Shown here one piece after another: positions 1 through 11,063 of a DNA stretch of 64,000 bases. The position numbers and the translations under genes are program-made. The notes below the pieces were generated by a model. That model was not told the origin of the DNA. It was given only the letters and a program-made list of their open reading frames with translations, and made no database searches. The stretch is from Kiritimatiellia bacterium (lineage in GTDB: Bacteria > Verrucomicrobiota > Kiritimatiellia > RFP12 > UBA1067): assembly GCA_050949565.1 (NCBI GenBank), contig JBMNFY010000017.1, positions 928,001-992,000 on the forward strand, read 5' to 3'. The first letter of the stretch is position 1; each line of letters opens with the position of its first letter.

Positions 1-41
1 GTCTTGCTACAGTGAGTACTACGAAAGGAAGGAAATCCATT

Positions 42-1037
42 ATGATTAAGCATGTTTTGTTTTTCGGTGCGCTCATTTCCGCATGCACGGTCTCGGCAGC
101 CGAAGTCATCAAGGTCGGTATCATCGGCCTCGACACCTCGCACAGCGTCGAGTTTACCAAACTCCTGAACGCCGACACCGTCGAGCCGCAATACGCAGGC
201 TGCCGCATCGTGGCGGCCTATCCGCAGGGCAGCCGCGACATCGCCTCCAGCACCAACCGCGTGCCGGGGTACATCGAGAAGGTCAAGCCGTTCGGCGTCG
301 AGATTGTCGACTCGATCGACACCCTGTTGAAAAAGGTCGATGTGGTGTTGCTGGAGAGCAACGACGGGCGTGTCCATCTGGAGCAGGCGCTACCGGTTTT
401 CAAGGCGGGCAAGCGCGTGTTTATCGACAAGCCGATCGCCGGCTCGCTGCCGCATGTGCTGGCGCTCTTTGAGGCGTCCAAGCGCTACAACGTGCCGATG
501 TTCTCCTGCTCGTCGCTACGCTACACGCCCAAGACCCAAGCCCTGCGCAACGGCCAGCACGGTGCAATCGTGGGAGTCGAAGCCTACAGTCCCTGTGCAC
601 TTGAAGCCACGCATCCCGATCTTTTCTGGTACGGTATCCATGGCGTGGAAACGCTCTTCACGCTGATGGGCACCGGCTGCGAGTCGGTCGTGCGCGTTTC
701 CTCGCCCGGCACAGATCTGGCGATCGGCACATGGCGCGAGGGACGTATCGGCACCTTCCGCGGCAACCGCGAATCGCGCAATGGCTACGGCGCGACGGTC
801 TTTCTGGCGAAGGGCCTGCAGCGCGTTGACGATTTCAAGGGATACGGCCCGATGCTGGCGGAGATCGTGACCTTCTTCAAGACCGGTGTCGCGCCGGTCA
901 AGCCGGAGGAGACGATCGAGCTGTTCACCTTCATGGAGGCCGCCGACGAGAGCAAGCGCCGCGGCGGTGTGCCGGTGCGCCTCGATGAGGTTCTGGCCAA
1001 GGCCAAAGCTGAAGCGGCGAAAATCCCGCTGGAATAA
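42..1037 (+). CDS. Gfo/Idh/MocA family NAD(P)-dependent oxidoreductase with signal peptide
   Basis: Rossmann-type KVGIIGLDTSH, VFIDKP motif and WYGIHGVE; ATG at 42 after AGGAAGGA. Confidence 0.85.
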   Translation: MIKHVLFFGALISACTVSAAEVIKVGIIGLDTSHSVEFTKLLNADTVEPQYAGCRIVAAYPQGSRDIASSTNRVPGYIEKVKPFGVEIVDSIDTLLKKVDVVLLESNDGRVHLEQALPVFKAGKRVFIDKPIAGSLPHVLALFEASKRYNVPMFSCSSLRYTPKTQALRNGQHGAIVGVEAYSPCALEATHPDLFWYGIHGVETLFTLMGTGCESVVRVSSPGTDLAIGTWREGRIGTFRGNRESRNGYGATVFLAKGLQRVDDFKGYGPMLAEIVTFFKTGVAPVKPEETIELFTFMEAADESKRRGGVPVRLDEVLAKAKAEAAKIPLE

Positions 1038-1047
1038 TGCCGTCCGT

Positions 1048-2160
1048 TCACTCCTCGACCGGGAAAGCGGGCGAGGTAAGCGAGGCACGTAACTCAGCCG
1101 CATGCGCGTAAATCGCGCGCTCCTCCTGCGGCGTGAAAAAGAGGTCGAGGTGGCCCACCGCCTCGGCCTCGTTGTCTGTTGAGTGCAGGGCGTTGTCTTT
1201 GTGGTAGAGCCGCCCCTCGCGCACAATCCGCTCGCGCAACTCAGGCTTGAAGAACTGGCGACTGTTGAGGACCAGCGGGTGCGCCTTGCTGCGTTCCTCA
1301 ACCGAGCGCCAGCACGGTTCCGGATCGAAGACCACCACCGCCACCACCGGCCAGCCGCCCCGCCGCCACTTGTTGCCGCGCATGTATTTCGCACGCGTCA
1401 GCCGCGTCAGCCAAGGGATGTCTTTGACGGCGAGCAATGTGTAGTGCTGGGCCAGTTCGTCGAGCATCATCTGCCGGAAACCTTTGCGCACCGCCTTGGC
1501 GCGCAACACGAACAGGTTGAGTTCGCCGGGGTGCTGCGCCGCCGTCAGCAGCGCGAAGAACCGGCTTTTGAAGAGGTGCTTGAACTGATTCTGCAGATAA
1601 CGCGCCGCTGTCTCAGCATCAATCGCGAAGCCCTGCTCTGCCAACAGGCGGTGCATGTCGAAGAGCGAGAGGTCGTACGGGCGTCCGAGCCGTTGCGCCA
1701 GTTCTTTCACGAAGCCGTAACGTTTGTACGCCCGGAAGGCGAGCGGATCTGTGGCGTCCGCACGGCAGGCCTCCGCCTTCTGGTAAGCGAGATGGTAGAG
1801 CAGCGAAACGTAGAGGTCGTCATCGCACGGCACGTAGAACGCATCCTGCCCGCGTACGCGGCGTTGCAGGATCGCATTAGCCAATGCGGCGGGAAAGTAA
1901 GCCCCGCCGACAAAGTCCGCGCCATGACCGGCCGTCACGCTGTAGAGATCGCACTTGATCCCCTGCCACTTCGGCACCCCGCGAAATGAGCGGGCAACCG
2001 CTTCGACCGCGCGGTCTTCAAGCAGGATGTCCATGTCATCCTTGCTGCCGCGCGCCGGACACTCGCCCATGTTGAGGTAGCCGCGTAACACCGCATAGGC
2101 GAAACCGTTCTCCTCAAGCCAACTGAAAAACTGCGCGGGATCTCGTAAATAGATTCTCAT
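1048..2160 (-). CDS. Hypothetical protein: N-terminal nucleotidyltransferase-like domain plus C-terminal NDP-kinase-like domain
   Basis: LRGY...DDMDILL (DxD motif); C-terminal half has LFVLRAKAVRKG, PVVAVVVF and NALHSTDNEAEA..LDLFF, resembling NDK segments. Confidence 0.55.
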   Translation of the reverse strand: MRIYLRDPAQFFSWLEENGFAYAVLRGYLNMGECPARGSKDDMDILLEDRAVEAVARSFRGVPKWQGIKCDLYSVTAGHGADFVGGAYFPAALANAILQRRVRGQDAFYVPCDDDLYVSLLYHLAYQKAEACRADATDPLAFRAYKRYGFVKELAQRLGRPYDLSLFDMHRLLAEQGFAIDAETAARYLQNQFKHLFKSRFFALLTAAQHPGELNLFVLRAKAVRKGFRQMMLDELAQHYTLLAVKDIPWLTRLTRAKYMRGNKWRRGGWPVVAVVVFDPEPCWRSVEERSKAHPLVLNSRQFFKPELRERIVREGRLYHKDNALHSTDNEAEAVGHLDLFFTPQEERAIYAHAAELRASLTSPAFPVEE

Positions 2161-2180
2161 GGATTCTCTCAACGTGCGAT

Positions 2181-5100
2181 TCAAGGTAACGCAATAACGG
2201 ATTCCGGCTGGCCGGGAAGGTGCGTGACGATACGTACGGCCGCACCCGGCGCGCTTACCGGATAGAAGCTCGCCTCATACGGGAAGCGCTCGCAGACGCG
2301 GGTTTGACCGTCGCAGGTAAAGACCACGCGCGCGCCGGAAATCGGGTCGGCGGTGAGCACGGCGTAGACGGCGTCTTTGCCCCACGGCGAGCGGATCGTG
2401 AAAGCGTGGGCCGCGCCGAACGCACCGGCGGCAGCCGTGCGGTGCGAGGTGGCGAGCGGCTGCGACGCGGGGAAGACCGTGCGCGTGGCGGCGGGATAAC
2501 CGACCGTGACCATCGAGAGCGGCGCGATCTCGACCGTGAAGGCGCCCTCCTGCAACGCCGGAGCGGGACGGGCAGTAGCCTCCCGAGCCGCTTGGAACGG
2601 ATCGGCATTACCCTCGAACAGAAGGCCGTCGCCGGCGGTGACGCCGCTCTTTGCGGTATCGAGCTGCACGCGCACCGTGCGCCGCGCGCGCGTCTGATTC
2701 ATCAGCATCACCCAGAAACGGTCAGGGCTACGCGCCGCCAACCAGTCGGTTTGCAGGTCGGTCGTCACCAAGCCACGTTCCAGCCAGAGCACGGCGTTGC
2801 GGTCGCTGTAAACCGTTCCCGGTTCGGCGGTATAGACACGGTTGTTGAACCAAGCGTAGTTCTTCTGCTTGACCCATGGGAAGACGACCTGACCACCGGA
2901 ACGCGCCTCAGCATCGGCCACGAGGTAGTCCATGGCAAAGGCATAGTGTACCGGGATGTGGTGGTAGTAGATGCTGGTGATATCGGGACCGGTATAGGGA
3001 TAGCGAGGATCGTGGACGAGGTCGGTGAAACAGGTCAGGTAATAGCCCGGATAGTTCGCGAAGCGGCCGATCACGCTGTTGCGCGCGAAGGTCCGGAAGA
3101 GCGTGCGGTTGGTATGGCGGTAGACGCGCAGCAGATGCGGCGCCCAGGTCGATTGCATGATGTTGTTCATCGCACCGTTGAAGGCGGTGTAGGTCGAGGG
3201 CTGTTCAAGGCCGAGCCCAACCGGCGAGACTTGCCACGCGGGAACGCGGCGGGTCGGCGTATCGTTGGGTTGTCGTGGCCAGCCCAAGCGAAAGAGTTGG
3301 TCGTTCTTGTGCCAGATCCGGTGATAGGTAACCTGCGAGCCGTCGGGATGCACTGTCACCTCGCCTGCGGGTGCGCGCGGGTGCGACCACTGGCCGGCAA
3401 CAGTGTGGTACGCGCCCTCGACCGCCGCCGCGAGGTAGTTCGTGTCGCCGGTTGCCTCGAAGAGATCAACCACATCCCACCAATACGGATAGAAGCTGAT
3501 GTTGTAAAAGGCGCTGAAATCAATCGGCTGCGTTTGGCGTCCGTAGACCGCCTGGGCCAGCCATTCATTGGCGTCGGCCATGACGGCATCGAGGCGCACC
3601 AGATCCGGCGCGAGACGGTGCGCGGCCAGCATCTCGGTCCAAGGGGCTGAACTGTTGTAGCTGCGCGCATGGCGGAATTTTCCCTCGGGCAACGCAAATT
3701 CGCGGAGCCACGGATTGAGTCCGCCGGTAAGGCGCAGTGCGCCTTCCCAGCAGGTGGTGCCATAGAAAGTACCGGGTATCGCGATCTGCTGTTTGACCGG
3801 ACGGCCGACGCGGTTGGTCCCGCTCTGAAGAATGTCCGATCCTCTGCGGCTCAGCAAGAACTCAAGCGTGGGCAACGCACGCGCCTGCCAGAAGGTTTCG
3901 CTGCGCGACAACAACGCGGCCGAGAGTAGCACCAACGGTGCGGCATGCTTGCCCATGGTGGCACTCTCGATGTCATAGAAGCCACGGAGGTGGCTGTTCC
4001 AGCCGCCGAACTCGTCGTTCATCATCAGGTCGGTCATGTTGAGCACCGCATCGGTGAGCGAGGCACCGAGCGGCTCGCGGTAATCGGTGACCTTCAGGAT
4101 ATTCAGGCAACAGGCTTCCAGCGTCTCTTTCCAATCGGCGGGACGGGTCATGACACGCCAGTTGATGAGGCGCGTTTCACCGGCGGCGAGGTATGAACAC
4201 GGGCTTCCCAACACAGGGCTGAAGAAAGCGGGCTGCACCTGCGCACGACTGTTGAGCAGCGAGAAGCCGCACACCGCGTTGGTGGCGTTCGGCCACTCGA
4301 ACGGCAGGTCGGCCGGCTCAGCCGCGACCACGACCGAGAGCGGCGCACCGTCCGCCAGCCACGGCACCTGCGCCAGTGCCAACGGATGGGGCGTCAGGGT
4401 GTTGCACAACAGATCCGCCGTCGCCGGCAACCGCTGGAACTGATAGAGCGGCGGAAGTTGCACAAACGCGACCTGTTCGCGCGCGGTCGGCACGAAGGCG
4501 GAGAAGCCGAGCGCATATGAGCCTCCGTCCTTGGCAGTGAGGCGCGCCTGAACGCGCAGCGTGTAAGGGTCGTCGGGGTCGATACTCCAGCGCACCGGCA
4601 GTGCCTCGCCGTCCGCTGATTCGTAGCGCAGTTCGACCGACGCGGCATCGGCCGACAGCAACACACGCGGTACGAAACGGCATGCCGGCGCGGCGGCGTA
4701 AGGGTCGGTGGTCTGGCTGCTGGTTTCGATCGTCACATCGTTGAGCGTCACGCGGATCGGCGTGCGCGAGCCCTTCCAGAGCGCGACGCGCCGCAAGTCG
4801 GCACGCGCATCGGCAGCATACTGCACAAAGAGCGTTTCGTCGCCTGCCGCATCCGGCAGGTCCACCCACGCACCGTTTCTGAGCAAGCGGGTACGGCGCA
4901 CGATCCAAGGCTTGCCTTGCGGATCGCGGCCAGCCGCGAAGGTGACGCGCAGGACGGGCGTCTCCAGTCGCACAAGCGTTTTAGCCTCCGTGCAATCCAC
5001 AGCCACCGTATTGAACGCCTCGGAACCGGCAAGCAGCACCGTTTTCGGACGGACGCGGAGGCGGCTCAGTTGGGCACCGGACAGGGTGCCGGGGTCTTTG

Positions 5101-5567
5101 TCCGTGCGGGTGATGAAGATCGCATCACAACGTCCATAGTTGCGCGCGGTGTCGTGCAAGGACAGCAGATGATCGCCCGTAGCGAGCGTGCGCTTGCCGA
5201 GGAGTTGCCACGCGAAGCCTTCGCGGCCATGCGTACCGGCCTCTTTCTCAAACGCGACATTGTTGACTCGGAGGGCGAAACGCCGCGTTTTCGGACGGTC
5301 ATGAGCGAAATCGCGCGAGCGCACCCAGAAGGCGTATTCAGCGTCAGCATCCAGCGTAATACGCGTGACGGCGTCAAACCGGCCGTCGCGTGCGTCTTGG
5401 GACACCAGCAGAAAGGCGCGGCCAGAGGCGGCGGTGTCACCGTTTTTCGTCCATGCGCCGTAAAACTGAAAATCCTCCGCCTCGATCAACATCGCATCTG
5501 CAGCGCGCAGTCCTTGGACCACCATCATTGTCACGGCCACAAGCAGGCCTCTCGCAAACGCATTCAT
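2181..5567 (-). CDS. Large secreted hypothetical protein (1128 aa), possibly carbohydrate-active
   Basis: Long ORF with signal peptide, IEAEDF CBM-like start and aromatic-rich C-terminal half; GGAGG RBS. Confidence 0.7.
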   Translation of the reverse strand: MNAFARGLLVAVTMMVVQGLRAADAMLIEAEDFQFYGAWTKNGDTAASGRAFLLVSQDARDGRFDAVTRITLDADAEYAFWVRSRDFAHDRPKTRRFALRVNNVAFEKEAGTHGREGFAWQLLGKRTLATGDHLLSLHDTARNYGRCDAIFITRTDKDPGTLSGAQLSRLRVRPKTVLLAGSEAFNTVAVDCTEAKTLVRLETPVLRVTFAAGRDPQGKPWIVRRTRLLRNGAWVDLPDAAGDETLFVQYAADARADLRRVALWKGSRTPIRVTLNDVTIETSSQTTDPYAAAPACRFVPRVLLSADAASVELRYESADGEALPVRWSIDPDDPYTLRVQARLTAKDGGSYALGFSAFVPTAREQVAFVQLPPLYQFQRLPATADLLCNTLTPHPLALAQVPWLADGAPLSVVVAAEPADLPFEWPNATNAVCGFSLLNSRAQVQPAFFSPVLGSPCSYLAAGETRLINWRVMTRPADWKETLEACCLNILKVTDYREPLGASLTDAVLNMTDLMMNDEFGGWNSHLRGFYDIESATMGKHAAPLVLLSAALLSRSETFWQARALPTLEFLLSRRGSDILQSGTNRVGRPVKQQIAIPGTFYGTTCWEGALRLTGGLNPWLREFALPEGKFRHARSYNSSAPWTEMLAAHRLAPDLVRLDAVMADANEWLAQAVYGRQTQPIDFSAFYNISFYPYWWDVVDLFEATGDTNYLAAAVEGAYHTVAGQWSHPRAPAGEVTVHPDGSQVTYHRIWHKNDQLFRLGWPRQPNDTPTRRVPAWQVSPVGLGLEQPSTYTAFNGAMNNIMQSTWAPHLLRVYRHTNRTLFRTFARNSVIGRFANYPGYYLTCFTDLVHDPRYPYTGPDITSIYYHHIPVHYAFAMDYLVADAEARSGGQVVFPWVKQKNYAWFNNRVYTAEPGTVYSDRNAVLWLERGLVTTDLQTDWLAARSPDRFWVMLMNQTRARRTVRVQLDTAKSGVTAGDGLLFEGNADPFQAAREATARPAPALQEGAFTVEIAPLSMVTVGYPAATRTVFPASQPLATSHRTAAAGAFGAAHAFTIRSPWGKDAVYAVLTADPISGARVVFTCDGQTRVCERFPYEASFYPVSAPGAAVRIVTHLPGQPESVIALP

Positions 5568-5672
5568 CTTTCATCCTCCACAAACCATCCGTCCGTCGCT
5601 CTCCTATCCGGCTGTAATCATGCCAGAAGCCCGCGCGATCAGCGAGACCAAAAGTCCGTGCCAGCGCCCCCA

Positions 5673-6275
5673 CTATTCGCTATCCGTACTTCCCGCCAGT
5701 TCACGGTGGCGGAAGCAATCGACCGTGTGATCATTCACCATGCCGACGGCCTGCATCAGCGAGTAGCAGATGGTTGAGCCGACAAAGGCAAAGCCAAGCC
5801 GTTTGAGATCGCGGCTCATCAGGTCTGACGTGTGCGTCCGCGCGGGGACCTCCTCCGGCCGCCGCCAGGCATTCTGCTGCGGCGTGCCATCCACGTAGCG
5901 CCAAAGAAAAGCGTCGAGCGAACCGTGCGTCTCCATAATGCCAAGCACGCCGCGCGCGTTGCGAATCGCGGCGGCGATCTTGAGTCGGTTACGCACGATA
6001 CCGGGGTCGGCCAACAGGCGTGCTGTGTCGGCCTCACCGTAACGGGCAACGCGCGCGACATCGAAATCGTGGAACGCCGCGCGGTAGTTCTCGCGTTTGC
6101 GCAGAATCGTCAGCCAACTCAATCCAGCCTGTGCGCCTTCGAGGATCAGGAATTCGAACAACCGCCGATCGTCGTGCAGCGGCACCCCCCACTCGCGGTC
6201 GTGATACGCCTGATACAACGGATCGTTCCCGCACCAAACGCAACGGACAATACGCACCCTATCGGCCTCGTTCAT
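5673..6275 (-). CDS. tag: DNA-3-methyladenine glycosylase I
   Basis: RCxW, YHDREWG, LEGAQAGLSW and GMVNDH motifs; ATGA overlap with the upstream gene. Confidence 0.95.
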   Translation of the reverse strand: MNEADRVRIVRCVWCGNDPLYQAYHDREWGVPLHDDRRLFEFLILEGAQAGLSWLTILRKRENYRAAFHDFDVARVARYGEADTARLLADPGIVRNRLKIAAAIRNARGVLGIMETHGSLDAFLWRYVDGTPQQNAWRRPEEVPARTHTSDLMSRDLKRLGFAFVGSTICYSLMQAVGMVNDHTVDCFRHRELAGSTDSE

Positions 6276-7855
6276 CGCGTCGCTTTGCGGTTGAGGTCGA
6301 ACCACTTCCGGATCACCTTCTGGCGCTCCGGCGGCATTGCGACCGGTTGTGTGTCGGCTTCGTTGTCGCTATGCTCTAGGCTCCAGCCGCTCCATTCACG
6401 GAAAGCGTGGTATGACCAGTCCCAGCCATACTCTTCAAAAATCTCGGTGACATCCTGTAGATAACGCGCGGCGCCCTGACCCCAGCGGATCGCGCTGAAT
6501 TCGCCGATGTAGATGGGCACGTTGTAGGCCAGTTGAAAGTCCCGTACCGGTTGCAGTTCGCGTCGCAGCGCCTCTTTATCGTAATGCCGTCCGTCGATCA
6601 TACCGGGATAAGCCCAACGTGCCTTGGCACCATGCACGCCCTGATGCGTGTAGGCATGAGGACGGTACATGTGCGCTTGGTATACGATGACGCCCGGCAC
6701 CTTCATCGGACGGACGAAGTTGAAGCCGCCGGGGTCGTCCCACTGATCCACCTCCACCGTGATGGCCGTGTCGGGATCAATCTCGCGGATCGCCCGCGCG
6801 GCGCGCTCCTGCAACGTCCAGTAGTTGTCACAGCCTTCGGGTGAAGGCCGGTTCTGGCACGGCTCGTTGATCAGGTCATACGCCCAGACCATCGGATGAC
6901 CGACGTAACGCCGCGCGATATGCCGCCATACCTCGACAAAAAAATCGGCGTACTCGGGCTCAAAGAACATGCGCATGCTCTTGTCCTCATACCGCCCGCC
7001 CGGCGGCGTATGCAGATCGATACACACCAAGATACCGAGCTTCTCACAGTCGACCAAGATCTTATCCAGCGTAGCGAGGCTGCTGTCGATCCACTGCATG
7101 AAATCCGCCTTGTCGCGGTTGACGTCGCCCACGGCATCCCAGTTGCGCGTCATCTGGTAGCGGATCAGATTCGCGTTCCATGCGGCGAGCGTTTTGAGAG
7201 CCTCCGGGTCATACGTCTGCCGGATCATGGCACCACGCAGGCGGTCGATCCCGTCGTGGCCGGCCGAGACCAGCGGCGGATCACGCATCGGCGGCGGATG
7301 CTTGATACGCTGCCGCGGATCAAGAGTAAGGGTCAAGTTGTCGACCCAGACCGTGCCCGTGCTGTCCTGCAAGCCGATGTTCAATAGCGCGTCGCCAATG
7401 TCTTCGGGCACCTCGAACCAGCCGGTGCGCCGGCTCCAGTCGCTGCTCCCCGTGGGACACGCGACTTGCGGCCAGTGCTTACCGGTCGCGGGCGTCTCGA
7501 AACTGAGCATGCACTTCACGCCGTTCCAGCGGTCTGGCGGAACGGAGACGTCTTCCTGCCGGATGTCGGCTTGCCAGATCACCCGTTTGCCGGCGTACGG
7601 CCTGAGATCGAACGGCGCGGTCACCGCAACCGTGCCGGGGGCACGGCCTGGCCGCTGCGGATTCACGACCTCCAGCACGTAGCCGCGCCCCTCCACCTGT
7701 ACCCAGCGCGCATGCGGCGGCAACTTGAAAGCCGCACGCGCGTCCTCAGCCTCAAACGTTTCGCGGTAACCCCCGCCCGGCAGGGTCTCGCCCGCCTGAA
7801 CGAGCAACGCGCACCCTGCGGCTGCCACCGCCATCCATACGCTTTGCCGCCGCAT
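6272..7855 (-). CDS. Secreted glycoside hydrolase family 5 (cellulase-like) with N-terminal CBM-like domain
   Basis: Signal peptide; IDLH, acid/base YDLINEP and nucleophile YIGEF. Confidence 0.85.
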   Translation of the reverse strand: MRRQSVWMAVAAAGCALLVQAGETLPGGGYRETFEAEDARAAFKLPPHARWVQVEGRGYVLEVVNPQRPGRAPGTVAVTAPFDLRPYAGKRVIWQADIRQEDVSVPPDRWNGVKCMLSFETPATGKHWPQVACPTGSSDWSRRTGWFEVPEDIGDALLNIGLQDSTGTVWVDNLTLTLDPRQRIKHPPPMRDPPLVSAGHDGIDRLRGAMIRQTYDPEALKTLAAWNANLIRYQMTRNWDAVGDVNRDKADFMQWIDSSLATLDKILVDCEKLGILVCIDLHTPPGGRYEDKSMRMFFEPEYADFFVEVWRHIARRYVGHPMVWAYDLINEPCQNRPSPEGCDNYWTLQERAARAIREIDPDTAITVEVDQWDDPGGFNFVRPMKVPGVIVYQAHMYRPHAYTHQGVHGAKARWAYPGMIDGRHYDKEALRRELQPVRDFQLAYNVPIYIGEFSAIRWGQGAARYLQDVTEIFEEYGWDWSYHAFREWSGWSLEHSDNEADTQPVAMPPERQKVIRKWFDLNRKATR

Positions 7856-7867
7856 CCGTCTTCTCGC

Positions 7868-10264
7868 TCAGTTGGCCACAAGGCCCAATGCGCGTTGGAC
7901 GATCGGCGCGAATTTGATGATCAACGGCGTGAAGACGATCGCCACCATGCTCATCAGCTTGATCAGGATGTTGAGCGAGGGGCCGCAGGTATCCTTGCAA
8001 GGATCGCCCACAGTATCGCCAATAACCGCCGCGCTATGCGCGGGATTCTTGCTGCCATCCTCCAGAAACTTACCGCCAAAGTTCCCTTTCTCGATATGCT
8101 TCTTGGCATTGTCCCAAGCGCCGCCGGCATTGTTCAGCATGCAGGCCAGCGCGAATCCAGTGGTGAGCCCGCCCGCCAGCAGTCCCATGACACCGGATAT
8201 GCCGAGCACCAGCCCCACAAAGACCGGCACGCAAATCGCCAACAGCGAAGGCAGCAACATCTCGCGCTGCGCACCCAGGGTCGAAATCGCCACACAACGC
8301 GCGTAGTCCGGCTTGTCGGTGCCATTCATGATGCCGGGCAGTGCTTTGAACTGGCGGCGCACCTCCTCCACCATCGCACCGGCGGCGCGGCCCACGGCCT
8401 TCATCGACATCGCGCAGAAGACGAACGCCATCATAGCGCCAATGAAGATGCCGCATAGCAGGAAGGGATTAAGGATACTGAGATCAAGCAGTTCGATAAA
8501 GAAGCGCAGTTTGTCGGGTGCCGCCGTGTAGGCCGCCAAATCGAAGGACACCGCACCCTTTGCGGCCAGTTTGCGCGTCCAGACGTCCACCTCCTGCACT
8601 TCGGCCGCGAGTAACGCCATGGCGGTCAGCGCAGCCGAGCCAATCGCAAAGCCCTTGCCCGTGGCGGCCGTGGTGTTGCCGAGCATGTCCAGCGCGTCGG
8701 TGCGCTCGCGCACCTGCGGCGGTAAGTGCGCCATCTCCGCGTTGCCGCCGGCATTGTCGGCGATCGGTCCGTAGGCGTCAGTCGCCAGCGTGATGCCCAA
8801 CGTAGCCAGCATGCCCACCGCCGCGAACGCAATGCCGTAGAGACCAGCCATCGTATCTTGGAAGCCACCAGCCAAGCCGAAGGCACAGATGATCGCGAAC
8901 ACCACGGTCACGACCGGCACCAGCGCCGACATCATGCCGACCGCCAAGCCATCGATGATCACCGTGGCCGGGCCCATCTTCGCCTGCCGCGCCACTCCCT
9001 GCGTGGGCTTATACTCGTCCGAGGTGTAGTACTCGGTTGAATAGCCGATGATCACGCCCGCGATCAGCCCCGCGATCACCGCGCCGAAAACGCCCCATGT
9101 GATAACACCGACCGCAGCCAGCACGGCTGCCGCCACCACGATCAACGCAGAACTCCCCCAAGTGCCCAGACGTAGCGCCTTGAGCAACCCCATCATGCTC
9201 GCCTTGTCGTTATTGCAGCGCACGGCGAAGATACCGGCCACCGAGAGCACAATGCCAATGCCCGCAATGACCATCGGCGCGATGACCGCGTCCACCCCCG
9301 TCAACGCACAAGTCGCAGGCAGGCACGCACCCAGCGCCGCCGTCGAGAGAAGCGTACCGCAATATGACTCATAGAGGTCGGCACCCATGCCCGCCACATC
9401 ACCCACGTTGTCGCCGACGTTGTCCGCGATGGTCGCGGGATTGCGCGGGTCATCCTCGGGGATACCGGACTCGACCTTACCGACGAGATCCGCGCCGACA
9501 TCCGCCGCCTTGGTGTAGATGCCGCCGCCCACGCGCGCAAACAGCGCCTGCGTGGAGGCGCCCATGCCGAAGGTCAGCATGGTCGTCGTAATTTCAGCCA
9601 GCCTGTCGGCCGGATTCATGCCCGGGTGCACCAGCCAGACATCGCGCCAAATGTTGCCGAAGCCGTTCTGCATGTGCTCGGTCGTGTAGACCAGACGATC
9701 GAGAATCCAGTACCACAGCGAGATGTCCAACAGGCCGAAGCCGACCACGACCAGCCCCATCACCGCACCCGAACGGAAGGCCACCTGCAGACCGCGGTTC
9801 AGGCTCTCGCTGGCGCCCTGCGCCGTGCGCGACGACGCATGCGTCGCGGTCTTCATGCCGAGGAAGCCGCAAAGGCCGGAGAAAAAGCCGCCGGTCAGAA
9901 ACGCCACCGGCACGAACGGATTCTGCACGCCCAGCAAGGCCAGCACAGCAAAGATCAAAAAGAGAATCACAAAAACCACACCGACGCGGCTGTACTGCTG
10001 ACGCAGATAAGCCATCGCGCCCTCACGCACATACCCTGCGATCTCCACCATGCGCTCGTTGCCGGAAGGGGCCCGCATCATCTGCTTGTAAAAGTACACG
10101 GCCATGACCAACGCCAACAGCGAACCCACAGGCGCGACCCACCAGATGAGCGGCGTGCCACCGGACGCCGTCGCGGCTGTCGCGACACCGGATGCTGCTT
10201 GAGCATGAGCGAAACCGGCCAGACTCAGGCCGGCACCGAGCAAAAAAACTTTACGAACTAACAT
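7868..10264 (-). CDS. hppA: Membrane K+-dependent ion-translocating pyrophosphatase (Na+- or Na+,H+-PPase)
   Basis: [34 protein letters not shown] (Ala indicates K+ dependence), GDTVGDP; many TM segments. Confidence 0.95.
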   Translation of the reverse strand: MLVRKVFLLGAGLSLAGFAHAQAASGVATAATASGGTPLIWWVAPVGSLLALVMAVYFYKQMMRAPSGNERMVEIAGYVREGAMAYLRQQYSRVGVVFVILFLIFAVLALLGVQNPFVPVAFLTGGFFSGLCGFLGMKTATHASSRTAQGASESLNRGLQVAFRSGAVMGLVVVGFGLLDISLWYWILDRLVYTTEHMQNGFGNIWRDVWLVHPGMNPADRLAEITTTMLTFGMGASTQALFARVGGGIYTKAADVGADLVGKVESGIPEDDPRNPATIADNVGDNVGDVAGMGADLYESYCGTLLSTAALGACLPATCALTGVDAVIAPMVIAGIGIVLSVAGIFAVRCNNDKASMMGLLKALRLGTWGSSALIVVAAAVLAAVGVITWGVFGAVIAGLIAGVIIGYSTEYYTSDEYKPTQGVARQAKMGPATVIIDGLAVGMMSALVPVVTVVFAIICAFGLAGGFQDTMAGLYGIAFAAVGMLATLGITLATDAYGPIADNAGGNAEMAHLPPQVRERTDALDMLGNTTAATGKGFAIGSAALTAMALLAAEVQEVDVWTRKLAAKGAVSFDLAAYTAAPDKLRFFIELLDLSILNPFLLCGIFIGAMMAFVFCAMSMKAVGRAAGAMVEEVRRQFKALPGIMNGTDKPDYARCVAISTLGAQREMLLPSLLAICVPVFVGLVLGISGVMGLLAGGLTTGFALACMLNNAGGAWDNAKKHIEKGNFGGKFLEDGSKNPAHSAAVIGDTVGDPCKDTCGPSLNILIKLMSMVAIVFTPLIIKFAPIVQRALGLVAN

Positions 10265-10373
10265 GTTGTTCTCCATCCTGTTCGCGTTTCTCTGACACCT
10301 CGCGCGTCGCGCGCGCCGTTTCAGAGCGATTCCAATGTTCACGCCATCATCATTTCTCTTTTCTGGCGCTTTG

Positions 10374-10790
10374 TCAATCGCGCATCCCATCGTCGGCACG
10401 TTCCAGATCCCAGAGCTGACGGGGGGTCAATATTCGAAGATGGCCGACCTGCTTCAACCCGAGGATTTCCTTGTCACCGGTAACGAGGACGTCCGCGCCG
10501 CCATTGAGAGCAGAGGACACAATAGCGATGTCAGCAGGATCACTGAGCGGCAACGCTGCGAGCGGAAACGCATTCGCCATGACCGTGTCCTGCCGCAAGA
10601 GCCAGACGAGGTCATCGATCAGACTCGGTGGGGCGCGAAATTTATCGCCAAGAATACGTCTGACCTCTTCAATAAGGTGATCGGAAACGATCAAATCATG
10701 GGAAGCGATTACGGTGCGAAAAAGATCCGCACAAAGTCCACGAGTGGCAGTAGCGCTCGCGATCACGTTGGTGTCGAGAAAAATTCTCAT
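10374..10790 (-). CDS. PIN-domain toxin of a type II toxin-antitoxin system
   Basis: FLDTNV start, DPAD, LVTGDKEIL; ATGA-coupled to the RHH gene. Confidence 0.9.
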   Translation of the reverse strand: MRIFLDTNVIASATATRGLCADLFRTVIASHDLIVSDHLIEEVRRILGDKFRAPPSLIDDLVWLLRQDTVMANAFPLAALPLSDPADIAIVSSALNGGADVLVTGDKEILGLKQVGHLRILTPRQLWDLERADDGMRD

Positions 10791-11008
10791 GATTGATCGG
10801 AGAAGACATCCTCGTCAGTCAGGAACCCTCTGGCCTCGGCAAAGGGCATCATCCGCCGTCGCACGGCCTCAAACTGAGTCAGACGAAGCTGGCGGCGCAA
10901 AGCGTCGCGTGCCACTTCGCTGCGACTGCGACCAATCTGGCGACTGACCTTGCCAAGAAGCTGGTCCAGATCAGCGTCTAAACGAATACTAAGCGTCGCT
11001 GTTTTCAT
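10787..11008 (-). CDS. Ribbon-helix-helix (CopG-like) antitoxin
   Basis: MKTATLSIRLD...GRSRSEVARDAL; 73 aa, directly upstream of the PIN gene. Confidence 0.85.
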   Translation of the reverse strand: MKTATLSIRLDADLDQLLGKVSRQIGRSRSEVARDALRRQLRLTQFEAVRRRMMPFAEARGFLTDEDVFSDQS

Positions 11009-11015
11009 GTTAGAC

Positions 11016-11044
11016 AATGTATTACAATCGACCCGTTTTGTCAA
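11016..11044 (-). promoter_or_regulatory. Sigma70 promoter of the TA operon, probably leaderless, with an overlapping palindrome
   Basis: TTGACA-17 nt-TACATT on the minus strand, 7 nt before the ATG; TGTA(A/T)TACA palindrome at 11018-11026. Confidence 0.7.
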
Positions 11045-11063
11045 GCGCACAAGCGCGGTTTTT

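Noticed and set aside
2220-3650. Long antisense ORFs (also 12644-14107, 36582-37976, 39549-41165, 43738-45612)
   Set aside because: They are shadows of real high-GC genes on the opposite strand, with no recognisable motifs.
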